A stretch of 43,948 nucleotides of DNA from Octopus bimaculoides (GCF_001194135.2 NC_068994.1:12343287-12387234), one strand, 5' to 3'; shown: positions 1-13,582, numbered from the stretch's first letter. The notes: generated by a model from the sequence alone, not told the origin. Program-made: numbers and translations.

Positions 1-34
<34 letters not shown>

Positions 35-496
35 TATTTCTTTACTGCCCACAAGGGGCTACACACAGAGGGGACAAACAAGGACAGACAAACGGATTAA
101 GAAAACTATCCATACAAACTGGTTCTTATTTAATCGACCCCGAAAGGATGAAAGGCAAAGTTGACCTCGGCGGAGTTTGAACTCAGAACGTAGCGGCAGA
201 CGAAATACCGCTAAGCATTTCGCCCAGCATGCTAACGTTTCTGCCAGCTCGCCACCTTATATCTATATCATATATAAGTGTATGTGTGTGTGTGTGTGAG
301 TATGTTTCTCCCCCCGCACCATCACTTGACAACCAGCACTGGTGCGTTTATGTCCACGAAACTTAGTGGTTGGGCAAAAGAGACCGATAGAATAAGTACT
401 AGGCTTACAAAGAATAAGTCCTGGATTTGATTTGTTCAGCCAAAGGTGGTGCTCCAGCATGGCCGCAGTCAAATGACTAAAATAAGTAAAAGTCTA

Positions 497-961
497 AAAG
501 AATACATACATATACATACATACATACATACATACCTTTATAGAGGTGAATATACAGATGTATGACTATGTTTGTATGACTGAATATATGTATGTATAGT
601 TGAATATGTATGTGTATAGTTGAATGTGTATGTATGTATGTTTGCATGTATATAAGTAAGTATGAAGATATAATAAGAGTGACACTTAGCAGGTTGCTTA
701 TATACAAAGGTTATAAAATGTATGTCACTGAAGTCTGCTTGCATTGTGTTGTATGTGATTGTAATATATATATATATATGTATGTATATGTATGTATGTT
801 TACATATATCTATGTGCACACATATATGCGTAGATATATGTGTTTGTATATGTATGTACGTATGTGTGTGTGTGTATGTATTTGTGTGTTTTTGTAGATA
901 GCTAAAGTAATAAAGAAGCAAATATATATATATATACATATGTGTATATACACACATATAT

Positions 962-1021
<60 letters not shown>

Positions 1022-1075
1022 ATGAATGTATGTATATATGTTTTCGCACACACAATTACATACATACACAACCAT

Positions 1076-1110
<35 letters not shown>

Positions 1111-1611
1111 TGATAAGGAGGGTGAAAATTACAGAGGGGGGCAAAAAAAACTAGAGAGGCAATATAAGTGTGTCTATACATTACACATTCAATTAGTGTG
1201 GCTTCCAATGAGAATGGGAAAAGGAGAATAATTGTGTGTGCGCATAGGTGTGCATAGAGACACTTGACAAGCACTTATACATACATTTTGTCATTGCTTA
1301 TATACACACACACACATATGAATGTGTGTGTGTGTGTGTAATGTTAATGCACATTGATTTACTGTTTTGCAGTACTGGCGGTTTGATGGTCATGGTGGTA
1401 GTTGTGATGGTATGGGTAGCAGTGGCGGCAGTAGTGGTGGTGGTATTTTGTAATTGTACTTATTGGTAGTGGTGGATGTGGTGGTGGTGGTTTTGTGTCA
1501 CCACCTGGTGATAATAGTGTACAATAGCTGTATATTATATGGTTCAAGTACATTTAGTAGTGCTTGCATTCAAGGTTTCTGCGTGCATACTTATGTATGT
1601 GTATATATATA

Positions 1612-1660
<49 letters not shown>

Positions 1661-2038
1661 AAGAAAGAAAGAGAATGTCTGTATGTGTCCATATGTGATA
1701 ATGGATGGTAGCAAGTATGTGTGTGATTATGAGATTGTGCATTTGGATGAGTGTGTGTGTGTGGTTGTGTATATATTAAACAAGATCAGCTGTTTGTGTT
1801 TTCTATATGTCTGTGTCTATGTATATCTGTGTGTGTGTGTGTGTGTGTGTGTGTCTGTGCATCACTTACACATCTATGTGCGACATACAGGTATGTGTAA
1901 ATCTCTCATATACATACATGTATCTGCGAGATATACATGTGTATACTATCATTGTATTACAGTAGATCATTCTATAGACGTGTGTGTGCATGTGTATATA
2001 TTTGTGTGTATGTGTTTGTATTATGGGCACATATGTAG
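497..2038. repeat. Compound microsatellite / low-complexity block (TACA, TA, TG, CA, GA, GGT)
   Basis: Directly visible simple repeats. Similar blocks at about 21630-22180, 24280-24680 and 38020-38730. Confidence 0.95.
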
Positions 2039-2788
2039 NNNNNNNNNNNNNNNNNNNNNNNNNNNNNNNNNNNNNNNNNNNNNNNNNNNNNNNNNNNNNN
2101 NNNNNNNNNNNNNNNNNNNNNNNNNNNNNNNNNNNNNNNNNNNNNNNNNNNNNNNNNNNNNNNNNNNNNNNNNNNNNNNNNNNNNNNNNNNNNNNNNNNN
2201 NNNNNNNNNNNNNNNNNNNNNNNNNNNNNNNNNNNNNNNNNNNNNNNNNNNNNNNNNNNNNNNNNNNNNNNNNNNNNNNNNNNNNNNNNNNNNNNNNNNN
2301 NNNNNNNNNNNNNNNNNNNNNNNNNNNNNNNNNNNNNNNNNNNNNNNNNNNNNNNNNNNNNNNNNNNNNNNNNNNNNNNNNNNNNNNNNNNNNNNNNNNN
2401 NNNNNNNNNNNNNNNNNNNNNNNNNNNNNNNNNNNNNNNNNNNNNNNNNNNNNNNNNNNNNNNNNNNNNNNNNNNNNNNNNNNNNNNNNNNNNNNNNNNN
2501 NNNNNNNNNNNNNNNNNNNNNNNNNNNNNNNNNNNNNNNNNNNNNNNNNNNNNNNNNNNNNNNNNNNNNNNNNNNNNNNNNNNNNNNNNNNNNNNNNNNN
2601 NNNNNNNNNNNNNNNNNNNNNNNNNNNNNNNNNNNNNNNNNNNNNNNNNNNNNNNNNNNNNNNNNNNNNNNNNNNNNNNNNNNNNNNNNNNNNNNNNNNN
2701 NNNNNNNNNNNNNNNNNNNNNNNNNNNNNNNNNNNNNNNNNNNNNNNNNNNNNNNNNNNNNNNNNNNNNNNNNNNNNNNNNNNNNNNN
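2039..2788. other. Assembly gap
   Basis: N-run. Others at 7421-7528, 10450-10591, 20948-20957, 25444-26321, 29911-30286, 38223-38665, 40348-40775 and 42897-43122. Confidence 1.
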
Positions 2789-2825
<37 letters not shown>

Positions 2826-3313
2826 TATATGTATGTCAGAATGCATGAATACAGATTTAATCAAAAGGAAAACAATATTAATGATAACAGTGAGTTCAAC
2901 GAGAATGATAATAGGATGATGGGAATGTGTTGATGAGGATTATAATGATAACAAGAATGATGATGTAAGCTGAAGATAATTAAATTAAGCTGAAATGGAT
3001 ATACCTCTCCTCTAACTTCCTTCCAACCCCCACACCATCACATGGAGGGGTGAGGTGCAATAGCTGTAGGGAAAAAAATCATTGTTAGTGTTTTAACATC
3101 CACTTGTCAGTGCTCGCATGATTCTGACGGAATTTAGTCGAGGTGGATTTTGTGTTGGTTGGATGCTTTTCTTGTCACACTAAGTTATAATGTTCTCACT
3201 TACTTTTGTTTATGGCAGTGCTTGGCAGTAAAGTGTGTAGAGTGTGGTCGTCTCATCACACCATGGAGGTTCCCTCAGTGACTGTGGTGGAGAAAATATG
3301 TATGTGTCTAAAG

Positions 3314-3560
3314 CAGGGGTAGGGAAACTTCCGTCTGCGGTGCAATTGCGCCCACAAGCCCATTTTATTGTGCCTGCAGGCTGATATAGTCCTATGTACA
3401 AAATATAGTAAATTTTTCAATCAAAATTTATACAATATTCGTTTACCTATTTGCGACATAGTTTGCGTTTCCACAATGACTTAAAATGGTCAGAAATTGT
3501 CTTGTAATTGCCATTTGAATGGAAATTTTATTTTCACTATAAAACACATATTGCTAGGTT
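3314..3560 (+). mobile_element. Possible hAT (Charlie-like) left-end fragment
   Basis: CAGGGGTAGGGAAACTT...GCGG...GCGCCC resembles hAT termini and is preceded by GTCTAAAG (NTCTARAN-type target). No right end found. Confidence 0.4.
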
Positions 3561-3599
3561 TATATCAACCCCAGCATTTGGAAAGTTGATTTAATGTAC

Positions 3600-3930
3600 A
3601 TGCTTTAGGAAGTGTTGCCTTGTAGCAAGATTGTTGAAAGGTGGGTGAATGTTGGGAGAATGGCCAGTGTGAAAGGACCACTTCTGTGTGTGCATTTGTG
3701 AAAAAAAAAAAAAAAAGAAGGGCTCTTGCCCTGTTGTTCAGGTACCTTTAGTTTTCGTGGGGTTTTCCACGAGGACCTTAAAGCGCTTCCCCTATTGAGA
3801 GTTTAATTTGTTCCACTTTTTTGTTACATTGTATACATGCAAAAACCCATTGTATCATCCTGTTTTTGTCTTTTATGTTGTTGCATGTCTTGTAATGTTT
3901 TGTATGTGAGCCCTTGTGGCCAATAAAAAA

Positions 3931-3986
<56 letters not shown>

Positions 3987-3988
3987 CA
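3600..3988 (+). mobile_element. L1/Tx1-like LINE 3' end
   Basis: Degenerate ORF end WVNVGRMASVKGPL, T-rich UTR ending gagcccttgtggccAATAAA and a long (ATT)n tail. Similar tails on - at about 35-100, 9225-9260 and 14471-14560. Confidence 0.5.
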
Positions 3989-4784
3989 AGCTAATACTAC
4001 TATACCCAGGAACTCCTTTCTTAGAGAAACACTGCTGTAGGACGTGTTAACTTTTTGAGACTTATTCTAGGCTAAAAGAAAAGAAAATAGCATCCTTGAT
4101 GATGGGAAATATGGAATTACTGTGAGAAATCTCAATGGAATGGTCATTACTGGATTGACTTTGATCATAGGTCTGTCCACTTTGATCAAAATTGATCTGC
4201 ATCTAAACAACTTTTTCAGCCACAAGAAGGCCATTCTCTTGAAAGTTAAGCCAAACCGGGTTTTCAAAAGTTTTTAGAATGCCCAGAAAAATCACTATAT
4301 ACCTGTATAGGTATGTTGAAATGGTTAATTTTTCACCAGTCATCAATATTGGGACAATGTCTTCCCGATCTGCTCTATTTGGAAGATGGAAAATATTTGT
4401 CTTGAAAATGTTATGTCCATTTTTGTCATGCATGTCAGATAAATGAGAGTTGTGGCCATAGACGTTGTTTGTCCAGCTAAGTCATTAGCATTTTTTCGAA
4501 ATTTCAATGTCAATGTAAATAAACACCATGAAATTATTTATGCTGCTCTGTAATTAGCTGCTAATATATTCAGATGACAAGGTAGCAAGCTGGCAAAATC
4601 TATAGCATGCTGGGCAAAATGCTTAGTGGTATTTTGTTTGCTTTTATGTTTAGGGGTCAAATTCTGCTGAGGTTGATTTTTGCCTTTCGTACTTTCGGTG
4701 GGTTGATAAAATAAGCACCAGTTAAGCACTGGGGTCAATGTAATTGACTTAACCTCACCCTGAACTTGCTGGTTCTGTGCCAAC

Positions 4785-5204
4785 CACCTACACATTTTTC
4801 TGAAAAATAGGGGTAGTTTATCCTGTTCAGGCTATATTATTAGCATTATCCTGCGATTGAGAATTTAAATATCAATTCTTTAACTTTCTAAGACATCTCA
4901 ACGCTTCTAAAAGCAAACTTTGTTTGTTTGTTTGTTTACGTTTATCGTAATTTGAATTTAACATATGATAGCGTCTCATAAAGCGAGATTTCTATACATC
5001 TTAAATTTGCAGAGGAATCTGCAATCAGGGAGTTTAGCTCAATCGGTCAGAGCACTGCGACACGTAATCACGGGGGTGTGAGTTTGTGTCTCATAGCTAA
5101 TCACCTACACTTTTTTCTGCAAAATAGGGGTAGTTTATCCTGTTCAGGCTATATTATTAGGATTATCCTGCGATTGAGAATTTAAAAATTACTTCTTTAA
5201 CTTT
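4785..5204 (+). repeat. tRNA-like segment (5028-5105) flanked by ~103-bp direct repeats
   Basis: 4785-4887 matches 5102-5204. A-box TAGCTCAATCGG, T-arm GTGAG-TTTGTGT-CTCAT. The internal 4889-4965 block recurs at 23629-23702. Confidence 0.75.
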
Positions 5205-5227
5205 TGAAACTAATGTTTTCGAGTGAC

Positions 5228-5445
5228 AAGGTGGTGAACTGACAGAATCATTAGCAAACGGGGCAAAATGCTTAGCAATATTTCGTTTGTCTTTATACTT
5301 TGAGTTCAACTTTTGCCAAGGTGAACTTTGCCTTTCATCCTTTTAGGGTCGATAATAATAAATTCCAGTTGAGCATTGGGATTGATGTAATCAACTAACC
5401 CCCTCCCTTGAACTTGCTGGTCTTGTACCAAAATTTGAGATCAAT
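5228..5445 (+). mobile_element. Family C SINE
   Basis: AAGGTGGTGAACTGACAGAA...CTTTGCCTTTCATCCTTTTAGGGTCGATAA. Other copies at about 118-258(-), 4579-4782(+), 6735-6925(+). Confidence 0.8.
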
Positions 5446-6223
5446 ATTTTCAGGGGACAAAAGTTACTGTGTACAATGTCACATACATCACACTTTATGA
5501 ATTCTTGTCAAAAATTTCAGCATACATTCCAGGTAAAAACAAAACCCACTTTTTGCTTAATATTCACCTGGATAGTCAAAGTGAATCAATACAATCTTTG
5601 TGAATGTTCAAGATTTACAGCTTAGAAATTTCATAATTTGTTTCTCTGTCATATAACAGAATTGTCCAAAATGGGGATAGTACTTATTTTTTTTTTTTTC
5701 ATCTTACTTCCAGTTTGCTCAAAGTTAATCTAGCATAGACAAGATCCAACAAACTAATGGTTTTACAAGAAATCTTAAAGCAGATGATTCTCTGTAAACG
5801 GTTGGTTACACTAGAGTTCTTTACATGCTTAGCTCTTTCAACCTTAAACCAAAAATGGTACTTATTTTTATATATTTATTTCTAATCTATTTTTGTTATT
5901 CATTTCTGCTGTTTAGTTTTCTTCACTCAATGCAAGAAAGAGAGCAAGAAACTGGGGCCATTTCTTCATAAAACCATCTGTTTCTAACAACCCAGTTATA
6001 TCAAAATTATATCAGTGTTTTTAGTAATTCTTTTTTATTCACCAAGTGGAGTTTTTTTTTTTTTTGGTGGAGGGGAAGAAGTCAAAGCTCTGAAATAAAT
6101 AAATGACTATGTTGTTGCTGTTGTTGCTGCTTAGTTGCTCATATCAGCTTTGGTTGAATAAATCTATGATCTCACTATGAATCTGTTCTCCCTATGATCA
6201 TCCTGTATTTAGTTAAAACAGTT

Positions 6224-6604
6224 GGAGGTGCAATGGCCCAGTGGTTAGGGCAGCGGACTCGTGGTCATAGGATCGCAGTTTCGATTCCCAGACCGGGCGT
6301 TGTGAGTGTTTATTGAGCGAAAACACCTAAAAGCTCCACGAGGCTCCGGCAGGGGATGGTGGCGAACCCTGCTGTACTCTTCCACCACAACTTTCTCTCA
6401 CTCTTTCTTCCTGTTTCTGTTGTACCTGTGTTTCACAGGGCCAGCTTTGTCACACTGTATTACGCAGAATATCCCCGAGAACTGCGTTAAGGGTACATGT
6501 GTCTGTGGAGTGCTCAGCCACTTGCACGTTAATTTCACGAGCAGGCTGTTCTGTTGATTGGATCAACTGGAACCCTCGACGTCGTAAGCGACGGAGTGCC
6601 AACA
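6224..6604 (+). mobile_element. Full-length tRNA-derived SINE (family A) with target-site duplication
   Basis: A-box TGGCCCAGTGG, B-box GTTTCGATTCC. 16-bp TSD ATTTAGTTAAAACAGT (6207-6222) vs ATTTAGTCAAAACAGT (6604-6619). Near-identical copy at 28046-28425. Confidence 0.9.
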
Positions 6605-7294
6605 TTTAGTCAAAACAGTACAGTGTGATTTGAAGGAAATTTAGTTGTTGTTTCTGTCATGTCAAGCCATCATAAACAGGCTTTCACATGGCTTGAATCA
6701 TTGGTGTAACTGAAAAAGAAAAAAAAATGCATAGCAGTATACTTTCTAGCTCCTTACGCTCTGAGTTCAAATTCTGCTGAGGTCAACTTTGCCTTTCATT
6801 CCTTTTTTGGGGGGTGGGGGTGGGGGTGAGAAAATAAGTACCAGTCAAGTACTGGGGACCAATGTAATTGATTTGTCCTTTCTCCTCAAAATTGCTGCCC
6901 TTGTGTCAAAATTTGAAACCATTGTCATTAGCCTGGTGGAGTGACAAGTTGTAGAGTACAGAGACTAAATTTACTATCTTACTGTATATATCTACTTTTT
7001 AAGTTCAAATCCAGTTGGGGATAAGGATCAACTTTATCCAGGGATGATAGAATAAGTATCACTTATGTACTAGAGTAAATCTAATTAACTATACCTTCTT
7101 CCTTTTAACTTAATTAACAAAACCAACTATTTCTTCATTACTAGGTGCAGGTGTGGCTGTGTGGTTAAGAAGTTTGCTTCCCAACCATGTAGTTTTGGGT
7201 TCAGTCCTACTGTGTGGCACCTTGGGACCATAGCCTCAGGCCAACCAAAGCCTTATGAGTGCATTTAATTGATGGAATATAAAAGAAACTTGTT

Positions 7295-7337
<43 letters not shown>

Positions 7338-7531
7338 ATTTTCCCAGAGGATGTAGCAACCGTTACCAATATAGCATAAGAACTTACCTTAGGAGATCAT
7401 TAATTAGATTCCTTAAGGGTNNNNNNNNNNNNNNNNNNNNNNNNNNNNNNNNNNNNNNNNNNNNNNNNNNNNNNNNNNNNNNNNNNNNNNNNNNNNNNNN
7501 NNNNNNNNNNNNNNNNNNNNNNNNNNNNATA

Positions 7532-7658
7532 CAGGGTGTCCACAAAGTCTGGGTACATGGGGATTAACACATACTTTAAGAAATTATTATTTCTTATATT
7601 TAATTGCTTATGTTATGATTTTATTTACTCCATGCACCCAGACTTTGTGGACACCCTG
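7532..7658. mobile_element. 127-bp Tc1/mariner-type MITE
   Basis: 29-bp TIRs CAGGGTGTCCACAAAGTCTGGGT(A/G)CATGG with one mismatch, flanked by TA on both sides (7530-31 and 7659-60). Confidence 0.9.
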
Positions 7659-7991
7659 TATAATAGTAATAATAGCAATCCATGGATGGAATTTATAAAT
7701 ATTTTACTGCATCGCTACACATATTTCCACAAATCACATGTTTCTTCAGGAAGCAAGAGATGATGTGGTCAGTGCATTAGGAGGGAGTAAGGCAGTTATA
7801 TAAGTGTGAGAGGAAAGCACCAGGTGTTTAGAGATGGGGGTAGATGAGTGGGGAAGAAAACTTAACAAAAAAAGGAAAGTAGTACAAGACTGAGAGAGGG
7901 AAAATTGAAAGAAAAAATAGAATGAATTACAAAAGGATAGTGAAGAACAAAGAAAAGATATGAAATTATTAAATTTGAGAATAAAGTGAAT

Positions 7992-8390
7992 AGGCGCAGG
8001 AGTGGCTGTGTGGTAAGTAGCTTGCTTACTAACCACATGGTTCTGGGTTCAGTCCCACTGCGTGACACCTTGGGCAAGTGTCTTCTACTATAGCCTTGGG
8101 CCGACCAAAGCCTTGCGAGTGAATATGGTAGATGGAAACTGAAAGAAGCCCATCGTATATACGTATATGTATGTCTCTGTGTGTGTTTGTGTGTCTGTGA
8201 TTGTCCCCCCACCATCGCTTGACAACCGATGCTGGTGTGTTTACGTCCCCGTAACTTAGCAGTTCAGCAAAAAGGACCGATAGAATAAGTACTAGGCTTA
8301 CAAAGAATAAATCCTGGGGTCGATTAGCTTGACTAAAGGTGGTGCTCCAGCATGGCTGCAGTCAAATAACTGAAACAAGTAAAAGAATAA
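7992..8390 (+). mobile_element. Full-length tRNA-derived CORE-type SINE (family B)
   Basis: Head GGCGCAGGAGTGGCTGTGTGGTAAG, B-box GGTTCAGTCCC, CORE-like ACCTTGGGCAAGTGTCTT, internal TA/TG microsatellite, tail CAAGTAAAAGAATAAA. Confidence 0.9.
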
Positions 8391-10204
8391 ACAGGAAAAA
8401 AAGTTGCTAAGAATGAAGAATATAAAACAGGGAAAGAAGGGAAGGGAAGAAGTACAGAAAGAAAGAAAGAAAGGAAGGAAGGAAATTGGAAAAGAATGAA
8501 GGCTGGAAAAGAAGAAACCAATATTGAAGGAAAGAAAGGAAGTGTAAGGCAAAAAGGTGAAGAAGTATATTGTAGAAGAAGAAATATAGTATTGAAGTGA
8601 AGAAGATAATAACGAGAGGTAAGATAGAGAGTGAAGGAAAAACGAATGAGTGACAACATTAGAATGATGATAGGTAAAGAGAGAAAGAAAGAAAAGGAAG
8701 ATAGATAAAAAGAATAAAGGAAAATAGGGGGAGGAAGATGGGGAGAGAGATGAAAAGAATGGAAAGAAGATAAGCAAGAAAGAGGAAGAAAGGTGCAACA
8801 TGGATGACGTAATGTTTTCTCCTCCACCACCGTCTCTGTCATCAAAACAATAAAGCAGAATTCACTGCTACTGTGGTTGATAGAGCTATGGGTTTATGAC
8901 AAGCAACAGCAACAACTACAACAATTTACTGAATCGATGAAGGAAGGAGTACTTTTATGTAGTTGGCTTGATGTGCTAGAAAGAGTAGTCAGATGATTCT
9001 TTGAATCACACCCAGCAGTGTCTTTGGGGAAGAAAAAAAGAGGAAAAAAAAAACAATGTAGGATATTGTAATTCTGGGTTTCTTAAACAGAGGTTGGGGT
9101 GGATGGAAAAAGAAAACAGGATGGCCACAGCTGGAATGTTCTCTGATCATAGATCATCTCAATTAGAGCTTACCTTGGGTTAAACGACGGCGGCAACAAC
9201 AACAATAATAATCAGGATTTTTTTTTTATTGGCCCCAAGGGCCACAAGACATTGAGGACTACATCTATAGCAATGTTGAGTCAGAGAAGTGTCTCTATGT
9301 GGTCGCTCACGATTCTAGAAATAGCAGCTAGATTTTGTCTTTTTTCCCTCAACCCACTCACAAACCCTATTTACATTGCGCTATCTTAAAAATTACTAAA
9401 AAAAAAAAAAAAAAAAGCGAAAATGGAAGGAAATGATGCATTGGATACTATAGTCCAAGATAGACTATGTCCTATAAAGATTAAATTAAAAAAAAAACAG
9501 ACAGGTTGCTCATTGTTTGGAGATGCTTTTGATGGTCATATGTCTTGTCGACTAGGGTTTGACCTGGGATCAAACAATAGCAACAACAACAACCGCAGTA
9601 AGCAATTGGTAAGCAACCAAGCAACGCAACCTACCAACAAACCAGCAAGCTGAACAACCAGCTGCCGCCTGCCTTGCGCTCGTTTGTTTGCCTTGTGCAC
9701 TTGCCAGGGTGGCAGGTGGGAGAATGGGTGGCGGTGGTGGTGATGATGATGATGACGGTAATAGGGGTGGGTATGGTGGGATGGGACTTTTTTCTTGCCA
9801 TGACAACAAGCAGGGGGAAAGTTGTTAGTTGTTGCACAAAATCATCTAGTAATGTAAGTTGACCAATGACTTGCCAGTCGCAGTTTACAGTGTCATCATG
9901 TGATGCGCATTGTGCAATCGTGGTCGATGATGATGATGATGATGGTAGTGTTGTTATGGTGGTGACGGTGGCACTGTTTGTTGTTGTTGTTGTTGTTGTT
10001 AACGTTGTGTTAGTGTTACTTTAGGGTGTGTGTGCATGCATGTCGTCATTGCCATCATCATCATCATCATGGCCGTCGTCATCTATTCAATCGTCACAAA
10101 CCATCGTCATCATAATTATCGTTATCAGTCAGCGTTGCCATTATCATGATCATAACGAAGATCAAAACACCTATCACTTGTCACCACCAGATGTAGTAAT
10201 AGAG

Positions 10205-10235
<31 letters not shown>

Positions 10236-10273
10236 GTTTAACGTCCGCTTTCCATGCTAGCATGGGTTGGACG

Positions 10274-10306
<33 letters not shown>

Positions 10307-10901
10307 GCTATTATTATTATTACTATTATTAGTAGTAGTAGTGGTTTGAGTTTCTTATGAGGTTTGTTATTTTGCTGTTTCTTTTCTGTCTTTTTCCTTT
10401 ACATCATCATATAGTCATTGTCATCTGTTTTCGTCTTTTTCTTCTTCATNNNNNNNNNNNNNNNNNNNNNNNNNNNNNNNNNNNNNNNNNNNNNNNNNNN
10501 NNNNNNNNNNNNNNNNNNNNNNNNNNNNNNNNNNNNNNNNNNNNNNNNNNNNNNNNNNNNNNNNNNNNNNNNNNNNNNNNNNNNNNNNNNNCGTCTTCTT
10601 CGTCTCCCTTAGTAGAAAGACAAATGGAAAGAAAGTGCAAGAGAGAGATAGAGAGAGACAAGGTGAAAGGAGAAGCAGTATGAGGGGTGGGTGGAGGAGA
10701 GACAGAGAGAAAGAAGAGCAGCAAGAGGTGGTCTCTCTCTTGTCTTTTGTTGCTGAGTCATGTTTTGTGTGTAATGGGTAGCAAGCTGGGTGGCTGTGAG
10801 AAGATATGTGTGTGTGTGTGTGTGTGTAAATGTATGATGTACATAATATAGTAATTTATGCTACATCTGCACCTGTGAAAGTAACTGGTACTTCTCACAA
10901 G

Positions 10902-10939
<38 letters not shown>

Positions 10940-11584
10940 CTATCTCATTCACTCATATATATATATATATATATATATATGCCTATTCGTTTGCTTATTT
11001 ATGTTCATGTTTTTCCATGCTAGAATATTATTGAAATGCTGTTTAACAGCTGGATGCTCTTCCTGTCATTAACCATTATCCGTTTCTCAATTAAGGTGGT
11101 TTTTAAAAAATTTTTTATGCAAAGCTCAGAATGTAACCATTCATATAGGCACATGCATGAGCTTGATTAAATAATTAACAGATATGCAGACCCAACACTG
11201 CATATATTAGAAAACCTAAGATGAGTACAACATAATTAAGTTATAGATTGTAAATCTCTGTCTGGAACTTTAAGCCAATGTGAATACGTTGTGTTACTTT
11301 CTTCATACACAGAAAATAAAGGCGATTACTTTAACATGTTTCATGTTTTTTTTTCGGTCACTCTCCTGAGTGCTACAAGTGGTCAGTTCTGATTTAAGGT
11401 GATTTAAATAGAGATTTGCTGTATGTTCTTATGAACAGGGGAACAAGGGGTATTTGTTGTTTGGTGAAGATAAGCAGAAGGCTTAATGCTCCACATTCAA
11501 AACTAAACATCAGAATCTTCATTATCAGAATTATTATTGTCATTATTGGTTCAATGTCCATTTTTCCATTGCTTTTTAAAAATC

Positions 11585-11794
11585 CTTTTTATTTGTTTCA
11601 GTCTTTTTACTGTGGCCACACTGGGGCACTGCCTTTTAGTCGAACGAATTGACCCCCACCACTTATTCTTTGTAAACCTAGTACTTATTCTATCAGTCTC
11701 TTTTGGCGAACTGCTAGGTTAGGGGGATATAAACACACCAACATTGGTTGTCAAGCGATGGTGGCAGGACAAACACAGACACACAAACATATGC

Positions 11795-11882
<88 letters not shown>

Positions 11883-12038
11883 GATGGGCTTCTTTCTGTT
11901 TCCATCTACCAAATCCACTCACAAGGTTTTCGTTGGCCTGAGGCTATAGTAGAAAACATTTGCCAAGGTGTCATGCAGTGGGACTGAACCTAGAACCATG
12001 TGTTTGGTAAGCAAGCTACTTACCACACAGCCACTCCT
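11585..12038 (-). mobile_element. Family B SINE, full length
   Basis: Reverse-complement colinear with 7992-8390, with an expanded internal (TA)n. A partial copy follows at 12145-12280. Confidence 0.88.
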
Positions 12039-13192
12039 GGAAAAATTTTGGTGAGGCAGATTTTCTATGGTCTGATGCCTTTCTTGACCTCAACCTTCAC
12101 CTGAGACAGTAAAACACACACACACACACACACACACACAACATGCTTCTTCCAGTTTCTATTTACGGCGCAAGGCTATAGTAGAAGACACTTGCCCAAG
12201 GTGCCAGGCAGTGGGACTGAACCTGAAGTCATGTGGTTGGGAAGCAAGCTTCCTAACCACACAGCCATGCCTGCACCTATAGAATATAGTATGAAAATAA
12301 AGCAAAACATATCGATCGACCCATATCTAACTGCAGTGCACCATAAGACAGTGTGATAGAGTGTAATGAATAAATACCATGCTGATGATCATGATGCTGG
12401 TTATTGTGAGAATATTTACATTGGCGATGATGATAATGATTGTGTTTTTTTGGGGGTTTTTTTTCTTGAAGACAGGCTCATCATTCATCCTTTATGTAAC
12501 AGTGAATAGTAGGATGCATGTGTTGGGTCACAATCCACTCAAATTTACAGAGTTCCTAGTAAGTCCTTCCTTCCTATTACAGTTCTTCCCCTTGCATGTT
12601 CTCTTAGGGTGGAGACTGGGGTGTCTATTGTTTCCCCAAAGCAGGTTCATGCATTATACTTAGCAAGTTCCAACCCATTGAATGCAGAATACAGCTATAA
12701 TACTAGCCTTGTTTGGTATGACAGAGTAGGACAGCTTGATAGTATTTCTGTTGAAAATGTTATAGTACCTATGCTGTGAGGGAAAGGCTTTCTCAAGGAT
12801 CTTTTCATAACTGAAAGCTCTCTTATCAACTGGTGCAATGATACTGTCTGGGTATTTGTTGTTTCATTTATCCCTTATAGATTGCTGGTATATAAGTGCA
12901 TCATGGAACACATAAGCAGAGCTTGCACAAGACATGAGAGAACTAGAGCTGATAGTGTATTTACTTCTAGAGCAGAGAAGCAGTGTTTGAACTTGAGCTG
13001 TTTGAGAATTGCTATTCACTAAGGAATTTAATTTAAATGCTTAAACAGATTTATGATGTAACATATTGCTGCATTGTATAACTCATGTTAGCCTAACAAA
13101 ACCAAAAAATAGATAATAAAATTAATAATGGAAACAAAAATATGAAATAAAAATAATGAAATGACAATTAAAATGATGATCTCATTTATCTC

Positions 13193-13581
13193 ATTTACTC
13201 ATTTACTTGTTTACTCATTTACTGTGGCCATGCTGGAGCACCGCCTTTAGTCAAGCAAATCGACCCCAGGACTTATTCTTCGTAAGCCTAGGACTTATTC
13301 TATCAGTCTCTATAGCTGAACCGCTAAGTTACGGAGACGTAAACACACCAGCACTGGTTGTCAAGCAATGCTAGGGGGACAAACACAGACACACAAACAC
13401 ACACATATATATATATACATATATACAACGGGCTTCCTTCAGTTTCCATCTACCAAATCCACTCACAAGGCTTTGATCAGCCCGAGGCTATAGTAGAAGA
13501 CACTTGCCCAAGGTGCCATGCAGTGGGACTGAACCCAGAACCATGTGGTTGGTAAGCAAGCTACTTACCACACAGCCACTC
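13193..13581 (-). mobile_element. Family B SINE, full length
   Basis: Reverse-complement colinear with 7992-8390. Confidence 0.88.
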
Positions 13582-13582
13582 G

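Noticed and set aside
538-2919. Long ORFs rich in YI/CV/HT repeats or X
   Set aside because: Translations of microsatellites and N-gaps with no coding signal. The same applies to the ORFs at 25248-27212, 29753-30453, 37947-38789, 40343-40873 and 42762-43187.
4067-4433. Minus-strand ORFs resembling a Penelope RT or transposase remnant
   Set aside because: No diagnostic motif could be confirmed by eye. It needs tblastn against Repbase or Dfam.
5028-5105. Functional tRNA gene
   Set aside because: The acceptor stem does not pair, the anticodon stem is mismatched and the B-box is degenerate. It is embedded in a repeat.
12470-12990. Possible degenerate CR1/L2-type LINE on -
   Set aside because: Only faint similarity with many stops, too weak to call.
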